Assembly (NCBI RefSeq): GCF_001194135.2
Contig: NC_068984.1
Coordinates: 36,968,897-37,032,896 of the forward strand
Direction of reading: 5' to 3'
DNA from: Octopus bimaculoides
Lineage: Eukaryota
DNA: 64,000 bases
Part shown: positions 50,370 through 64,000 of the stretch, in pieces
Position numbering within the stretch: the stretch's first letter is position 1
Layout: every line of letters starts with the position of its first letter
The notes under the pieces: generated by a model
The model's database searches: none
What the model saw: the letters and a program-made list of their open reading frames with translations, nothing else
Told to the model about the DNA's origin: nothing
Position numbers and translations under genes: made by a program

Positions 50370-51850
50370 TTTTTTATTATTATAAATATTCCACTGAGGA
50401 TGGAACCGGTTTCCAACAAACATCAAGGCTCCATCTTTGGGTTGTAGTTAACAGACAAATTCACATTTGGAACTTGAGAAAAGTCTTGCAAACCTTTACT
50501 GTTCCATTCACAGATTGGACTTGTAATGTGCAAATCAGCTGGTCAGTTCCTCTTTCTGAAAATCTCAGTTTATCCAGATTCTCCTTTAAGCATTAACTAA
50601 CAAAACCTAGTGCTCCAATTATTAGTAGTATGAATATGAATTCATAGTCTGGATATAGAAGCTGTGGATTTCGAAGCAGTTGTCTTTAGATATCTTCATA
50701 TCTGCAGGGCAGCTGACCTCTATGATGGTACATACCTTTGCCCCTCTGTCCCAAACAACAATATCCGGTCTGTTATTCTTACATATGACAGACGTTTTGA
50801 TGTGAATTCTCCATCAGTATTCATTGAAATTGTGTTTATGAATGTATTCCATAACAGGGATTTTCCAAAATTATTTCAGGACAGTCTTTTTTGCGGATGG
50901 CATTGAAAATTGTTTTAGCAACAACATCGTGCCGCATAGGGAGGTAGTACCATGATGACATTTTAGGACAGCCGTTAATCACATGCATAATGTCTTCAAC
51001 AGAAACATGACGTCAGGTACTTTGTGACAATCTCCTGCTCCTGGATTGCAAACGTATAGCTTTCAAAGTGTGATGCGATATAATGGTCTTGTGTACAAGA
51101 CAGGCTGCACCTTGTTTCAACTCTATCTTCTTCAAACTTCCGGGCAAAATACCCATGCATGGTCTTTTTTTTTTTGTATGCTAAGTGATTTCTATCCAGG
51201 TCTTCTCAAAAGTAAGAGAGCCCAGCTGTTATGGGGTTGTATAGGAGATCATCAGGAAGAGAATGTTTCTTTAGGAGTTCACTGCCATCTCGTACAATGT
51301 TGCTCACTTCACCTTTTAGTACTGCATTAAAATATATATATATTTTTTTTTTTTGCTGCTGTTGTTTAGTAGTTGCTGCCTGAGTGATACCATATGGCAT
51401 TCGAAGACCATCTACACCTTCATTTCTTCTTAGGTTGTGCTTGTCAACATCACTGTTTCGGTGGAAGTCCCCAATTGTCAGGATTTTGCGGGTTTTGATA
51501 TCTATGGAGTGTATCACATCTGCAGACCAATCAAGTATCTCAAATGCTGGGATGAACGCTGGTACTGTAAATGCATTGTGGGATATTGTTTTGTTGTAAG
51601 AGGAGAATTCTGACTGCCATATTTTCCTAAGTCTGGTGTAATACTTTCGGGTCACTCTATTTTTTTTCACAGTGCCTTCATATGATACATTTTCGTCTAT
51701 ACCTAGGCCATTCTAACATTCTTTGTGTGGAATGGGGAAGTAGAGAGATCGTCGATACATAGGTTTTGGGTTTGGGAATTGACTTTCCTCCTTCTATAAC
51801 CAAATATGAACAATTCGTTTGGGCAAATTCCTTGCCTATATCAGCTGAAC
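50370..51850 (-). mobile_element. R4/Dong-type element (RT C-terminus + RLE)
   Basis: KYYTRLRKIWQSEFSSYNKTISHNAFTVP...DIKTRKILTIGDFHRNSDVDK; NRPDIVVWDRGAKVCTIIEVSCPAD (PD..D/ExK RLE motif). Confidence 0.88.
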
Positions 51851-53105
51851 ATGTTTTTTTATGCATGTATGTATGTATGTATGTATGTATGTATGTATGT
51901 ACGTACAGTGGATTGCACTATTATATCACGTGATTTAACCGTAAATTCGTTATAAACGACTTTACAAAGATCCCACTGATTGTTGGGTAAGTGTTAAACT
52001 GTACCCTTTTTGACTGATTTTTAATGTGGCATTCGGTATTTAGCTACCTCGTGAAGATGATTACCAATATACGGTGAAATCACGTGATGGAACAGCGCTC
52101 TCTGCCGGCGCTGATGAAATTTTGTCAACCGATATAATCTGTGCTGTTTAGTATTTGTCGTCTACGCGAGATGATTTCTCCAGTACAAAGGCTGCATCTG
52201 TCGCTAATAGCTAAAACATTAGATATATAGGTATTAAATATATATGTATGTATACGTATGCATCTATGTATCTATGCTTATGTCTTTCTATATATGTATG
52301 GCATTATTCAGTATTATTTCAATATTTCTTGCCAATAGAAAAAAAGAGACGGTTTCTAACCTAGATCCAAGGCTCATTCATTGGAATTTCAATGATATCA
52401 ACAGGCTATTTCCGCATGTACGCGTGCAGTAGTTAGAGTCAGCGCATGTGCAGATTTGTCTGTTCTGTTTTATGCATGCATTCTCATGCATATACTTGCA
52501 CGGCTAGACATGCACACATAAACTTAAATCATGTGTATGCGTGAGTGTGTGTGTGAGAGAGAGAGAATGAGTGTGCGTGTGTGTGTCTGTGTGTGTTTAT
52601 GTATGTATGTAATGATTTGTAGGGTTGTTTGGTTCTGTTTTTGTCTATCTTTTTGCATTTGTATATTCTAGCTGACGACACGTACATTAAAGAGGGGACA
52701 ATAATTTAGTGTGCTATTTACACCTTTATCAATAAAATCTGAGTGAAAACATAATGACTTCAGTCAAGATTTCAAGCTGTTATATCTTTTATGTACCGGC
52801 TTAACGACGGCAGCTATAAACTTTTGCTTTAAAATATACAAAAAGCGTATGTTCCGATTCTGCTAATGCTGCTAATGTAGACCAGAAACATCAATTCAAA
52901 CGGAAATTAAATACATAGGAATTAAGGAACGCAATAGTTAAAGTGTCAATCACAATGAAACATCAATTCAAAATTAATTTTTGATTGAGAATAGAAATAG
53001 TTTATTTGCATTTTTGTTTCTTGATCGATGACTGTTTCCATTTCTTTCATGCTTTCACACTTTATATCCTTACACACATTTCTCCCTTTCTTTCTTTACT
53101 ATCGG

Positions 53106-53153
<48 letters not shown>

Positions 53154-53580
53154 NNNNNNNNNNNNNNNNNNNNNNNNNNNNNNNNNNNNNNNNNNNNNNN
53201 NNNNNNNNNNNNNNNNNNNNNNNNNNNNNNNNNNNNNNNNNNNNNNNNNNNNNNNNNNNNNNNNNNNNNNNNNNNNNNNNNNNNNNNNNNNNNNNNNNNN
53301 NNNNNNNNNNNNNNNNNNNNNNNNNNNNNNNNNNNNNNNNNNNNNNNNNNNNNNNNNNNNNNNNNNNNNNNNNNNNNNNNNNNNNNNNNNNNNNNNNNNN
53401 NNNNNNNNNNNNNNNNNNNNNNNNNNNNNNNNNNNNNNNNNNNNNNNNNNNNNNNNNNNNNNNNNNNNNNNNNNNNNNNNNNNNNNNNNNNNNNNNNNNN
53501 NNNNNTATGTGTGAGACTGCATATGTGTATATCAATATGTATAAATTATATGCACACTATATATACATATGTATGTGTAT

Positions 53581-53639
<59 letters not shown>

Positions 53640-54167
53640 AAGTAACGATTATTTGCCAACCTGTAGGAGTCCCGTTTGGGGCGAATGCTACTGTTATTTA
53701 TCCCCAAGCGACATCGCCTCCAGCTGACTATACGACACACGATCTGTGTCGTTATATTTTCGAACCCCCACCGAGCACAAAGCAGTATCTATGGACCGTA
53801 CGGTTCCAGGGTTATTTTTCTTCATCGGCACAGAGTAACTTTTTGGCTGAGATCGCGCTTCTAAACACCCGTTCAAAAATATATAATTCTCCAAGTGACT
53901 AACAGTTACTGATCTAATAAATAGAAACATTGTTGTTCCTAATTTTTTCAACGAGAGATATTGAGTAGCAACACTTTAAAGTAATGTTTATTTGCCAACC
54001 TAATATGGCAATCCTGTTTGGAGTGAATGCTACTAGATATATATACATACACATATCAGGTATTGGAGCCATCCTTATCAAAATATGACTTAGATGGTCA
54101 GGTCATCTCTCACGCACGAGTGATATTAATATTCCGAACCAACGTCTCTGTATACCTTTTTCTCGCC

Positions 54168-54201
<34 letters not shown>

Positions 54202-54254
54202 ATAGATTTTAGAGAAGGAATAAAGTAGTTATAGATGTGATACGTTTGTGTACT

Positions 54255-54420
54255 TTTGTGTTATAACATGACCGTGGGAATAGAACTTCTCTTTCGAACC
54301 ACATAGCTTATGATTCTGTCCCACTGTATAGCACCTGGGCAATTGTCTTTTACTAAAGTCCCGCGTCGAACAAAGCTTTGTGACTGAATTTGCTAGACTG
54401 AAACAGTGTGCAAACCCGCT
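54255..54420 (+). mobile_element. Degenerate CORE-SINE 5' part
   Basis: gaaccacatagcttatgattctgtcccactgtatagcacctgggcaattgtcttttacta. Confidence 0.7.
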
Positions 54421-54437
54421 GAATATGTATATATCTG

Positions 54438-56223
54438 GGGATCCAGACAAAATTCGGAAAAAAATCCTCTTAGTTAAAGTGCGAAAGTGGGCAAAAATCC
54501 CTCGGTTATATTTTTCGGTTAATTTTCGTTTTGTTTTCTGTTTTGCTTATTTCAGTCATTAGACTGCGGCCATGCTGGGGCACTGACTTGAAGAATTTTT
54601 AGTTGAGTGTATCGACCGCAGAAAGATCAGCATTTTAAATTCTATATTTCGCCACCCCTCACACATACATACATACACACCCCATTTTTTCATTTTTCAC
54701 ATTTTTCTGAAAATTTTGAGGGTATTCCGCGTACATTCACAGATTATGAATCTGGAAAATATTTTTTTCTGAAATTTCAGATAACCACCTCCTACCGTGC
54801 CCATATCTACACCAATCTTCGTGCTGTTTTTAAACTCGTTCACAATCAACCCACTCAGTATTATTTTTTTCTGTTATCACAAACTTTCGGTTTTGAATAT
54901 TCGCTATAAAAAAATGTATTGTCATTCTTCGCAAAAAGATCATAAATATAATAATAATAATTAATAATAATAATATAATTCGTTGAGGATTTTTCCAGTC
55001 AGAAATGAACTGAAGCTGGGATTAAAAATCGAATTTACATTTTTATTAATTGTGAAACAAATTTAAAGTCTTTTGTTTTCTCCTCTCTGCACTTGGAGAT
55101 TAATGAGAATGAGTTGACCTCTTGATCTTTCCGCGGTCGTTGAAGGTTTAACAGAATCGTGGCACCGCTCTGGCCGAAGAGCAGTCGTTCAGATGTACCT
55201 CTGATCGTTTCTATCTTTCTACGTGCCTTTTATTCTGCCTTTCACTTGTAATTAGACATGATACTGTCTGACGATGACGATGGTGGTGATGGTAGTGGTG
55301 GTGGTGCTGGTGATGATGGTGGCAGTTGCAGTGGTAATGATGAATGTTTTTCACTTGTAAAACACATTTCTTGAAGTAAATGCTTTCCCTTTTGCTAGAA
55401 TTCAGTAAATATGTACGTTAAGTAGTAAAGACTCTTGTGTCCTGTTATTTTATTCTATTTATTCATTTTCGATTGAATATATATTTCTTTACTTAACAAT
55501 TGGAATTTTGGAAAAAAAAAGTCATTTTACAACAGTGATTTTCGTTTTGTGTACGTCAAATTAAAAAAAAAATTCTAAAGATTTGGCTGTTATTTCTAGC
55601 TTGTGGAGACACCTTCAAGGCTTAACTTCATGCACTGGTTGAAAATCATCTACGCATGAACGAGTTTTAAATCATCTGGAATATTGGTGGTGGTATGCGT
55701 AGTGTGGGAGTGGGGTGTCAATTTTTTTAAAAATTGAAATTTTATAAAAGGAAACTTTTCAGAATATCATAATTTTCTTATTTTCCTACGCAGAATCCAG
55801 CCCACTCAAAAACAAAAACAAAATGGTAAAGAGTGAAAAACGAAAAAATTGGGTAAGTGTGGAGGCGGAGATTTAAATNNNNNNNNNNNNNNNNNNNNNN
55901 NNNNNNNNNNNNNNNNNNNNNNNNNNNNNNNNNNNNNNNNNNNNNNNNNNGAAAACTTCTGAATCTGTAAAAAAAAATTTAGGGTTGATAGAGTCGGCTA
56001 AAAATTCTTCAAGGCGGTGTCCCAGAAAGGCTACAGTATAATGACTGAAACAAGTAAAAAGGTAAAAAGAAAAAAAAACAAAAAATAACCAAAAACTATA
56101 ACCGAGGGGTTTTATCCGATTTCGCACTTTAACTAAGGGTGTGTTGTCCGAGTGTGTTTTGTTCTAGTGGAGTTTTGGTGATAGTGACGACGGTGGTGAC
56201 GATGACGTTGAAATTGATGACAT

Positions 56224-56256
<33 letters not shown>

Positions 56257-56275
56257 CGACGACGACGACGACGAC

Positions 56276-56309
<34 letters not shown>

Positions 56310-57072
56310 GTGGTGGTGAATGTTTTGTAAAGCACATTTGAAGTTAATGCCTTCCCTCTTATGTTCGAATTCAGAAAATATGTACATTTGTTCGTAAAGT
56401 CTACTCTGTTCTGTTACTCTATCCTACATATTCATTTTCGATTGAGTATAGTTTTGTATATTTAAGAATTGGAACTTAGAAAAATAGAAGTCTTTAGCAA
56501 CCGCGATTTCCGTTTTTGTTTGCGTATAATTGAAAAAAAAATTAAGAGATTTGGTTGATATTTCTAGCATGTGCAGAGACTTTGAAGGCTTAATTGCATG
56601 TACTGGTTGAAAGTCACCTACGCATACGCAAATGAGTGAACGCGTTTAAAAACTTTCGGAATATTAGTGTGAATTTGAGAGGGATGGGAGGTGTGTCATT
56701 TCTTTTTTTTTCTTTATAATTGAAATTTCAGAAAACTTTTTTTCAGAATCATAATCATAATGGCCGTATTTTGCTACGAAGCATTCAAAAATAATTTTCG
56801 GAAGCGAGCAAGAAAATTGGGTAGGGTTAAATTTAAATTATGAAATGCCGATTGTTTTGGTCAGAATCGAAATCTGCGTTAACGAAAACGTCGGAATCTG
56901 AAAACAAAAGAAAGAAAAATAGGGTGAGGTACTTATTGTGCACCTCCTCTAAAAATGCAACCGGGGAGATTTTGCCCGATTTTGCACTTTAATTTAAGGG
57001 ATCTTGTCCGACTGATTTTGTCGGAGACGATTTTTCCAGGGGGATCTCAACTAGGAGGTTTTGTCCGGATTC
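54438..57072. mobile_element. Fold-back / MULE-like non-autonomous DNA element with long imperfect inverted arms and a duplicated right arm
   Basis: Left end GGATCCAGACAAAA is inverted to right end TTTTGTCCGGATTC; 54438-54845 is the reverse complement of about 55650-56150 and 56630-57072; 55341-56150 is directly repeated at 56317-57012. No TSD seen. Confidence 0.6.
56200..56316. repeat. (GAT)n(GAC)n(GAT)n(GGT)n trinucleotide array
   Basis: Direct reading. Confidence 0.95.
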
Positions 57073-60000
57073 TGTAAGTATGTGTATATGTATGTATGTA
57101 ACTATGTATGTATGTATGTATGTATGAATGCTCTCATGTGTCTATGTCTGTTTGTAGGTGCGTTCGTGTGCCTTTTTCTCCTTCCCTTGATATTGCACTA
57201 CATTGAAGAAGTTGAGCTATTATTTTCTATAATTAAATATTTTGTGCGTCAGTGTATGTATATGTAAATATATAATTCTAAAGTGTCTGTGTATACGTTC
57301 AGACACAAGAGATGTGTGGTCGAAACAGACGAAATATATCAACATTTTGAGAACATGTGTGAGGTTGTAGGCCGAAACTGTGCCTCTAGATATTGACTTA
57401 GAAAGGCTTAAATGCCTCCATATGTACATACTGTCGTTGACATGGTCGAAGGCTGATCATAAATTGCTAGGAACCGCTACAAAACAAAATACTTGGCAAT
57501 GAGATCTTTGTTTTGTTTCTGTGGAGCGGCTTGTTTCCCAGATCATTTTGTTTAATTTTAGAGTTCCCAAAATTTATCAGTCTGGAATAGTAAAAGTTGT
57601 TTATGGTTATCGCAGCTGGTACCTTACATTTAGTTATTCGAATTTGCCCATTTCCGATCAACAGATTGGTTCGGAAATGTGAAATTAGAGATTTGAGGTG
57701 ACAGCTGGAATAGCTACACGCACATTCACACACAAACACACACACACACATCACACATAAATATACTCACATAGATACGCACACACCACCCACACACCCT
57801 GACACAGATATATATATATATATACGTAGATGTCTATATATATATAGAGATGCTTATATATATATATGAAGATGCATGCATAGTGAGAGAGGTTATTTAT
57901 TTTACTATCTTTTAGTTTTTAATGTATTGATATTTGAGGTCCGAAATGTTTAGTTTAATCAAGTTCGCTATTTAATAATCCCATAATTCCTTTCAACTTG
58001 TGATTTTTAAATTGTGACACTTTCTTGTCCGTTGTCATCCATCTATCGCGTGGTTTTAGACAGTAATATAACAAGTTCTTGACTTCTAGTATCACCATTA
58101 TCATATGAAACCTTCCACCACATAATGTAAAAAAGATCCGCTGATGCCTTTACAGCCGACAGCTGTTTAAGTATCTCGCCATTTTATATCGATAATGAAG
58201 GATATAAATCCATAAATTAGCAATTATTCTCTCCAGAAATTTCCTCTCTGACGCATTGACACTGAGAATGACTCAGCAGTAGAGTCAAATCAGCGATACA
58301 CGTACAATTGCTGTTATTTTAGAATGTTATGTCGTAACAAGGGCATGCTAACAATGAGTATATGATTTTGTTTCTCGGTTTTTCTTTTCACTTACATGAT
58401 ATATTGATGTAGCTTGTATAAAACAATGTAAATGTTATTACCAAACATTAGGCTACTGTAGGCATACCAGTCTAATCTTTAGAATAAGCGTACAAATCCT
58501 TCCACACGTCTGTTTGTTGGATAGCATTACGTGCATGACTAATACATCTTATTTATGACTTTTTCATAGTATGCAGTAATTCTGAAAATTGTCTGTAAAT
58601 CTTTAGTTAGTTTCATTCGGTAGTAGGTATGGTATCAGTAAAAAACATGATTCACAAATCATATTCTCATTAGAATATTACTTAGAAATAGAATAGAATA
58701 AATATAAGTATAACCGTATTATTTATTATTTGTTAACGGACATAGATACAAAAAAAAATAGTTCATATTTGAAAACTGAATGTATGCAATAATTTTTTAA
58801 AACTTTTGTTATAAATGTTTTTTGCATTAAACATAATTTCTCTTTTAGATCCCTTGCTGTTCACCAAATGAAAAGGCATGTTTGTAATTTAAAAACGAAA
58901 GTAACTTTCCATTATAATCCATTTTATGGAGTAGTATTAAGTCTTGATTAAAATGAATATTTTAAATCAGGTTTATTCTCACTGGAATGACCACGAATGA
59001 GGCAGTTATTGGTATTTTCTGTTATAACAATCGAACTTTCATTTGCAACCAATGCAACATACTTCGAAATAATATGCATATAGAAAAGAGAAAAAAAACT
59101 ACTCGACGAAAATTCAGAAGGAATATCCTACAGAGTAAACACAGGGTTTTAAAAGTTTAAATGAAAGCATACAATTAAGAAAAGAAACAGGAAAGATAAA
59201 ATATTTTATAAGGGCGTATTCGTTCATTTTAAATTTCTTCTTTTTATGTTCATATTGAATAAAGATATCAATCTCAGGGGGAAACGCTTACGAAGTTTCT
59301 ATATTATATCGCATAGAATTATTGTTATCGAATATAATTTAGTCTTGAATTTTAGACGAGATTACAGTGAATTACATTTTCATTCTTTCCACAATTGAAT
59401 GGATATGTTATTCTTATTTCGGTTTACATGTAACTTCACAATATATATCGTCAGTTACTTTGTAGTGTGTACTTTATTAAAAGATCTTAACTATACTGAC
59501 ACTTAACTGTACTTACCAAAACTTTTACAAAAGAGAAGCAAGGAAGTAATTTAAAATTGTACTGGAAACTTCAAAACATTATTTCCCCGCTTATTATCTT
59601 TAATGTACAAGTAACTATATTGCAGTTTACTATATATTACCGTAACTATTTCTACCAATAACAATTTCCTGATACCATTCATGATCAATGTCGTTCTTGT
59701 TTCTATCGCCTGATACATCTCGTTTTACGTCACGAGAACTTTCTAATTTATGTTATGAATATCTAAATCCATTATGTTCTCTAATTCACAGATATTTTCA
59801 TTAGCGTATCAGCGAACCGAACTGTAGAAATGTATTTGTTACATAAGTAGGAGGGGTTTTTTTTTCTGTATTATACAGATTTATATAGTTTATCTTCTCG
59901 GTTATTACTGGTATAGAAAAAAGTTACAGAGAAAAGGTACCAGATATTCTTAGGTGGACGGAAACAAATATTATAGTAAATTTACTTCTATTCTTAACAT

Positions 60001-60518
60001 CCTTCGCAGTCCACCATAATTTAATCTTTGAAAATGAGAAATAATAGATTCTTTAATCTGTTAGTCTCCAATTTAGTAGCATTCTGAGAAGTTACCTTAT
60101 TTACCATAATTGCTTTCTATATAATCTCACTTTAACTTTAGTTATTTAAAGGTTTAATAGGGACATACACATGTCTATCGCATAATGTAACAGATTTTGG
60201 AAAGAAATACAACTATACATAAATATTTTTGCTATGAATATTAAATGTGCAGAATTTCTATTGTTATCATCAAATAAAAATCAGTGTTCAATTATGTACA
60301 ACACTAGTTATCACAAATTTACGAGTCATATTGTATCACAAAAAACATAATAGAAGCTTCATAATCCGCATGACAGGCAATCGTGACCGATCATTAACAA
60401 GTGTGTTTTTCTTCAAATTCAAAAAAAAAAGAAACACATACACGCAGTTTCTTTTCTCCTTGTAAATTCTCCTTTGTAACAAAATCTCCCCCAAATATCA
60501 TACACAAACACACACACA

Positions 60519-60550
<32 letters not shown>

Positions 60551-61179
60551 TACGACACACGCAGACGCAGACGCAGACGCAAGCGTACACATATATAAAA
60601 TGTGCTGACAGATACACACATAGACATCACACGCATATCCAAATGTGTGTCTGTGTGAGTATACAGTGCATATGATATGTATGTGCATATGTATATGCTT
60701 GCATGTGTATTGAGTGTGTAAATGCGTGTACACGCGTATGATTTTTTTATGCATATGCGTGTGCATTTATATGAGTGTATAGGTGTGTTCTGTCAGAGCT
60801 GAGCTTGGGTTAAACAACCACAATACACACACATATATAATCCAAACGCTTACACACATACAGCCATCATGCCTACCACTCCACAGTTTTTGTTCCTTTA
60901 TTAACAATGTTAGCATTTATTTCAGATGTGCCTTTCATATTGAAAGTTATAAGATTTCAGGGAGGTTTGCTTGTCATCTTTCTTAGGTCAAGCAATAACG
61001 AAATGGGTTGTGTGAATGTCTAAGTATAGTGTAGGCATAAGAGAAAGATTGAATGAATATATATGTGTGATCATGTATGTATTTATGTTATCATCCTTTT
61101 CTTTTAATATTTGAATTCTTCTTTATAGGAAAGGGCTGGTTTTGAACAGAGAAATAAAAAGTTCCATTTCTGAAATAGT

Positions 61180-61400
61180 ATCAGATTTTGCCACAAGATA
61201 AGCAATTTTAGCTGGGGAAGATAGTCGATTACTTCGGCTGCAGTGCTCAACTGGTACATATTTCATCGACACCACAACACTGAAAGGCAAAACGGACCAC
61301 AGTGGCATATGAAATAAGGACTTAAAGATTCGGGAGAATTGCTGTGAAACATTTTTGCTCGATGTAAAAACGATTCTGCCAGATTGCGGCCTTTCATCGC
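61180..61400 (-). mobile_element. Old SINE (8800-type family)
   Basis: Minus: tggcagaatcgtt...tttgcctttcagtgttgtggtgtcgatgaaatatgtaccagttgagcactgcagccgaagtaatcgac. Confidence 0.8.
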
Positions 61401-63030
61401 TGGAAATGGATAACAAAAACGATGAATACTACATGCTGAGATTTAGAAGTCCTTTATAAATTTTACTATTGTGCATTTAAAGTGCATCTTAACAGGTGAC
61501 TTACTTTGCTTGAAATACCTAGCATTTGAAGGTATCCATTTGATTATTTACTAACATAGCAGAAGGTAATAGTAATTGTTTTTCATAGAGATCTTCGAGT
61601 TACTTAATTATTCGTGATATCCCCAAGTTACTTAGTAACAAAGCTGTAAGCTTTCATTGTCTGAATCAAAACATTCCAGTGATTTTTTAATGATAGTGAA
61701 TGTATGGAAATTTGCATACCCGTTTAAAGGCTGTGGATTACTGTTTAGCATACGAACATATTTATATGACTTCATTTTTATGTATTTGCATATGTGTGCC
61801 ACGCATACACTTGATTGTGATATCTGTTTTCCTTTGTTTTCGGCTTGCAAATAATTGTCAATTTGTATTTGTCTGCATTAACGGTTCTCTTTTGTAGAAC
61901 AAATTTCTTAAACAAGCATTCAATATCTTCCTGCCATCAGATGAATTCAGATTCAAATCCCTTCTTTCTCTCGTGTTGTTTGTAGGAGTAATTCTTTATC
62001 TTCCCTCATACGTTCTCCATCACCCAGCGAAATTGTGAATTTAAATATATATATATATATATCGACGACACTCGTCAAAATATATATTTGTGGGTGTATA
62101 ATTTGTTTACAACAAAATTGTTCGTATAAAATGATTGCTCCAGACTATATTCTATCATTTTTTTTTTCAAAATTTCGATTAGATCGTACATTTGTATTTC
62201 TTTGTATGTATGTGTGTGTATGTGTATGTGTGTGTGTGTGTGTGTGTGTTATTTGTGCTCGCGTGTGTGTGTGTGTATGTGAACGTAAGAATGAATGAAT
62301 NNNNNNNNNNNNNNNNNNNNNNNNNNNNNNNNNNNNNNNNNNNNNNNNNNNNNNNNNNNNNNNNNNNNNNNNNNNNNNNNNNNNNNNNNNNNNNNNNNNN
62401 NNNNNNNNNNNNNNNNNNNNNNNNNNNNNNNNNNNNNNNNNNNNNNNNNNNNNNNNNNNNNNNNNNNNNNNNNNNNNNNNNNNNNNNNNNNNNNNNNNNN
62501 NNNNNNNNNNNNNNNNNNNNNNNNNNNNNNNNNNNNNNNNNNNNNNNNNNNNNNNNNNNNNNNNNNNNNNNNNNNNNNNNNNNNNNNNNNNNNNNNNNNN
62601 NNNNNNNNNNNNNNNNNNNNNNNNNNNNNNNNNNNNNNNNNNNNNNNNNNNNNNNNNNNNNNNNNNNNNNNNNNNNNNNNNNNNNNNNNNNNNNNNNNNN
62701 NNNNNNNNNNNNNNNNNNNNNNNNNNNNNNNNNNNNNNNNNNNNNNNNNNNNNNNNNNNNNNNNNNNNNNNNNNNNNNNNNNNNNNNNNNNNNNNNNNNN
62801 NNNNNNNNNNNNNNNNNNNNNNNNNNNNNNNNNNNNNNNNNNNNNNNNNNNNNNNNNNNNNNNNNNNNNNNNNNNNNNNNNNNNNNNNNNNNNNNNNNNN
62901 NNNNNNNNNNNNNNNNNNNNNNNNNNNNNNNNNNNNNNNNNNNNNNNNNNNNNNNNNNNNNNNNNNNNNNNNNNNNNNNNNNNNNNNNNNNNNNNNNNNN
63001 NNNNNNNNNNNNNNNNNNNNNNNNNNNNNN

Positions 63031-63126
63031 AAGAAGAAGAAGAAGAAGAAGAAGAAGAAGAAGAAGAAGAAGAAGAAGAAGAAGAAGAAGAAGAAGAAGA
63101 AGAAGAAGAAGAAGAAGAAGAAGAAG
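63031..63126. repeat. (AAG)n microsatellite
   Basis: Direct reading. Confidence 0.97.
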
Positions 63127-63449
63127 GAGAGGCAGTGGTTTGTCTTTCGAAGGACCCATCGTATTCGTCTTGAGAAGAATGATTATCCGCTCTGTCTCGG
63201 TTCATTTTCTGATGTTCACTCTACCGAATCATCTACCTTGTTTTGCCCTTCGCACTGCCTCTGCTGGTACGGATAGCTTTTTCAGTTACTTCGTCAACGA
63301 AAAATGAGGTGGAGCTGTTGGTTACGATTGGATGACGGGGAAGTTGTTTGCTGTCTACTCTAATCATACTCTGAAAAACTCTAGAAATTAAATTCTGAAT
63401 TTTTGTTGCTGTGGAGAATGTTTTCCTCCTCTCCATCACAGTCACGGTT

Positions 63450-64000
63450 GTCCGAGATTGAGGCAATGGTTCCTTTCGCTTGGAGAATCGACTGATATTG
63501 ATTTGATAACAACAGCGGTGGAGTAAAACGTCTAGACGATGAGCGTATGAAAGAAGTGAACAGAGAAGGGTACAAGTATTTATGTTTTACAATTTGGCCA
63601 CATGCTGAAGCCAAGATGAAGGAAAAGATTTCTTCTGAATATACCAAATGAGTGAAAAAGCTATACTGAACCAAGGTGAATGACAAAAACTTAAACGGGG
63701 ATATCAAAGTTTAATCGGTAGGCGTGGTCCGCTACTGCATGAGAGTCGTGGCATGAAGGAAGGAGGATTTGACTTCCAAGGACAGAAAAATACTAGGAAG
63801 ATAAAGGCCATGCACGGGTGTCTTCGTACAAGAATAAATGTAGCAAGACTTTATTTATCTAGGAAGGTGGGAGAGTATTGGTTAAATAGAGAATAGCGTT
63901 ACGGAGGAAATCAAGTCATTTGCATACTTATTTGACAGAAAACGATGAAGAGTGTTGCAGGCTGCACGGAGTGAGAAGGTTATCAGTGGGTACAAGATGA
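63450..64000 (+). mobile_element. R4/Dong RT C-terminal remnant running off the window
   Basis: DDERMKEVNREGYKYL...AKMKEKISSEYTK*VKKL...AMHGCLRTRINVARLYLSRKVG. Confidence 0.8.

Noticed and set aside
57315-57385. Two ...GAAAC motifs (ggtcgaaac, ggccgaaac) suggestive of tandem hammerheads
   Set aside because: No CUGANGA core and no convincing stems.
57558-57680. VPKIYQSGIVKVVYGYRSWYLTFSYSNLPISDQQIGSEM* after a tttaattttag acceptor
   Set aside because: Short, no recognisable family, and a second frame is similarly open; not distinguishable from chance.
61123-61416. 97-aa minus ORF and a near-open plus frame after a good-looking acceptor
   Set aside because: Most of it is an old SINE copy on the minus strand; the plus frame has two stops.
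3069-63307. Long ORFs containing X runs or poly-SL/RE/IY/VC/I/L/H/E/R (e.g. 3069, 52985, 56133, 62192)
   Set aside because: They are translations of microsatellites and N gaps, not proteins.
1-64000. CRISPR arrays, operons, prokaryotic defence or biosynthetic systems
   Set aside because: None seen; all periodic repeats are 2-6-nt microsatellites without unique spacers, and the DNA is eukaryotic.

Overview
AT-rich, microsatellite-dense, gapped eukaryotic genomic DNA. Its SINE and LINE content and (AAT)n/(AT)n/(AC)n/(AG)n load look like an octopod (Octopus-like) draft assembly; this is an inference from repeat families recognised from memory. There is no prokaryotic content, no CRISPR array, and no complete or nameable host gene. 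The window reads as intronic/intergenic and is dominated by decayed retroelements: about ten R4/Dong-type non-LTR fragments, one near-full Gypsy element with both LTR starts (15.4-20.9 kb, minus), a Penelope-like GIY-YIG remnant, a CRE-type remnant, an RTE-like 3' end, at least four tRNA-derived SINE families, and a fold-back (MULE-like) element at 54.4-57.1 kb. Nearly all ORFs in the track are microsatellite, N-gap or TE artefacts. The most interesting signal is a tRNA-headed SINE-like element whose 3' module contains a minimal type-I hammerhead-ribozyme-like fold, present as a head-to-head palindrome inside the Gypsy element. Two further hammerhead-like motifs occur elsewhere, one with a swapped 3-8 core pair. 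A few isolated candidate exons or ORFs are reported at low confidence. TE boundaries are approximate (about +/-50 bp) unless stated as exact.
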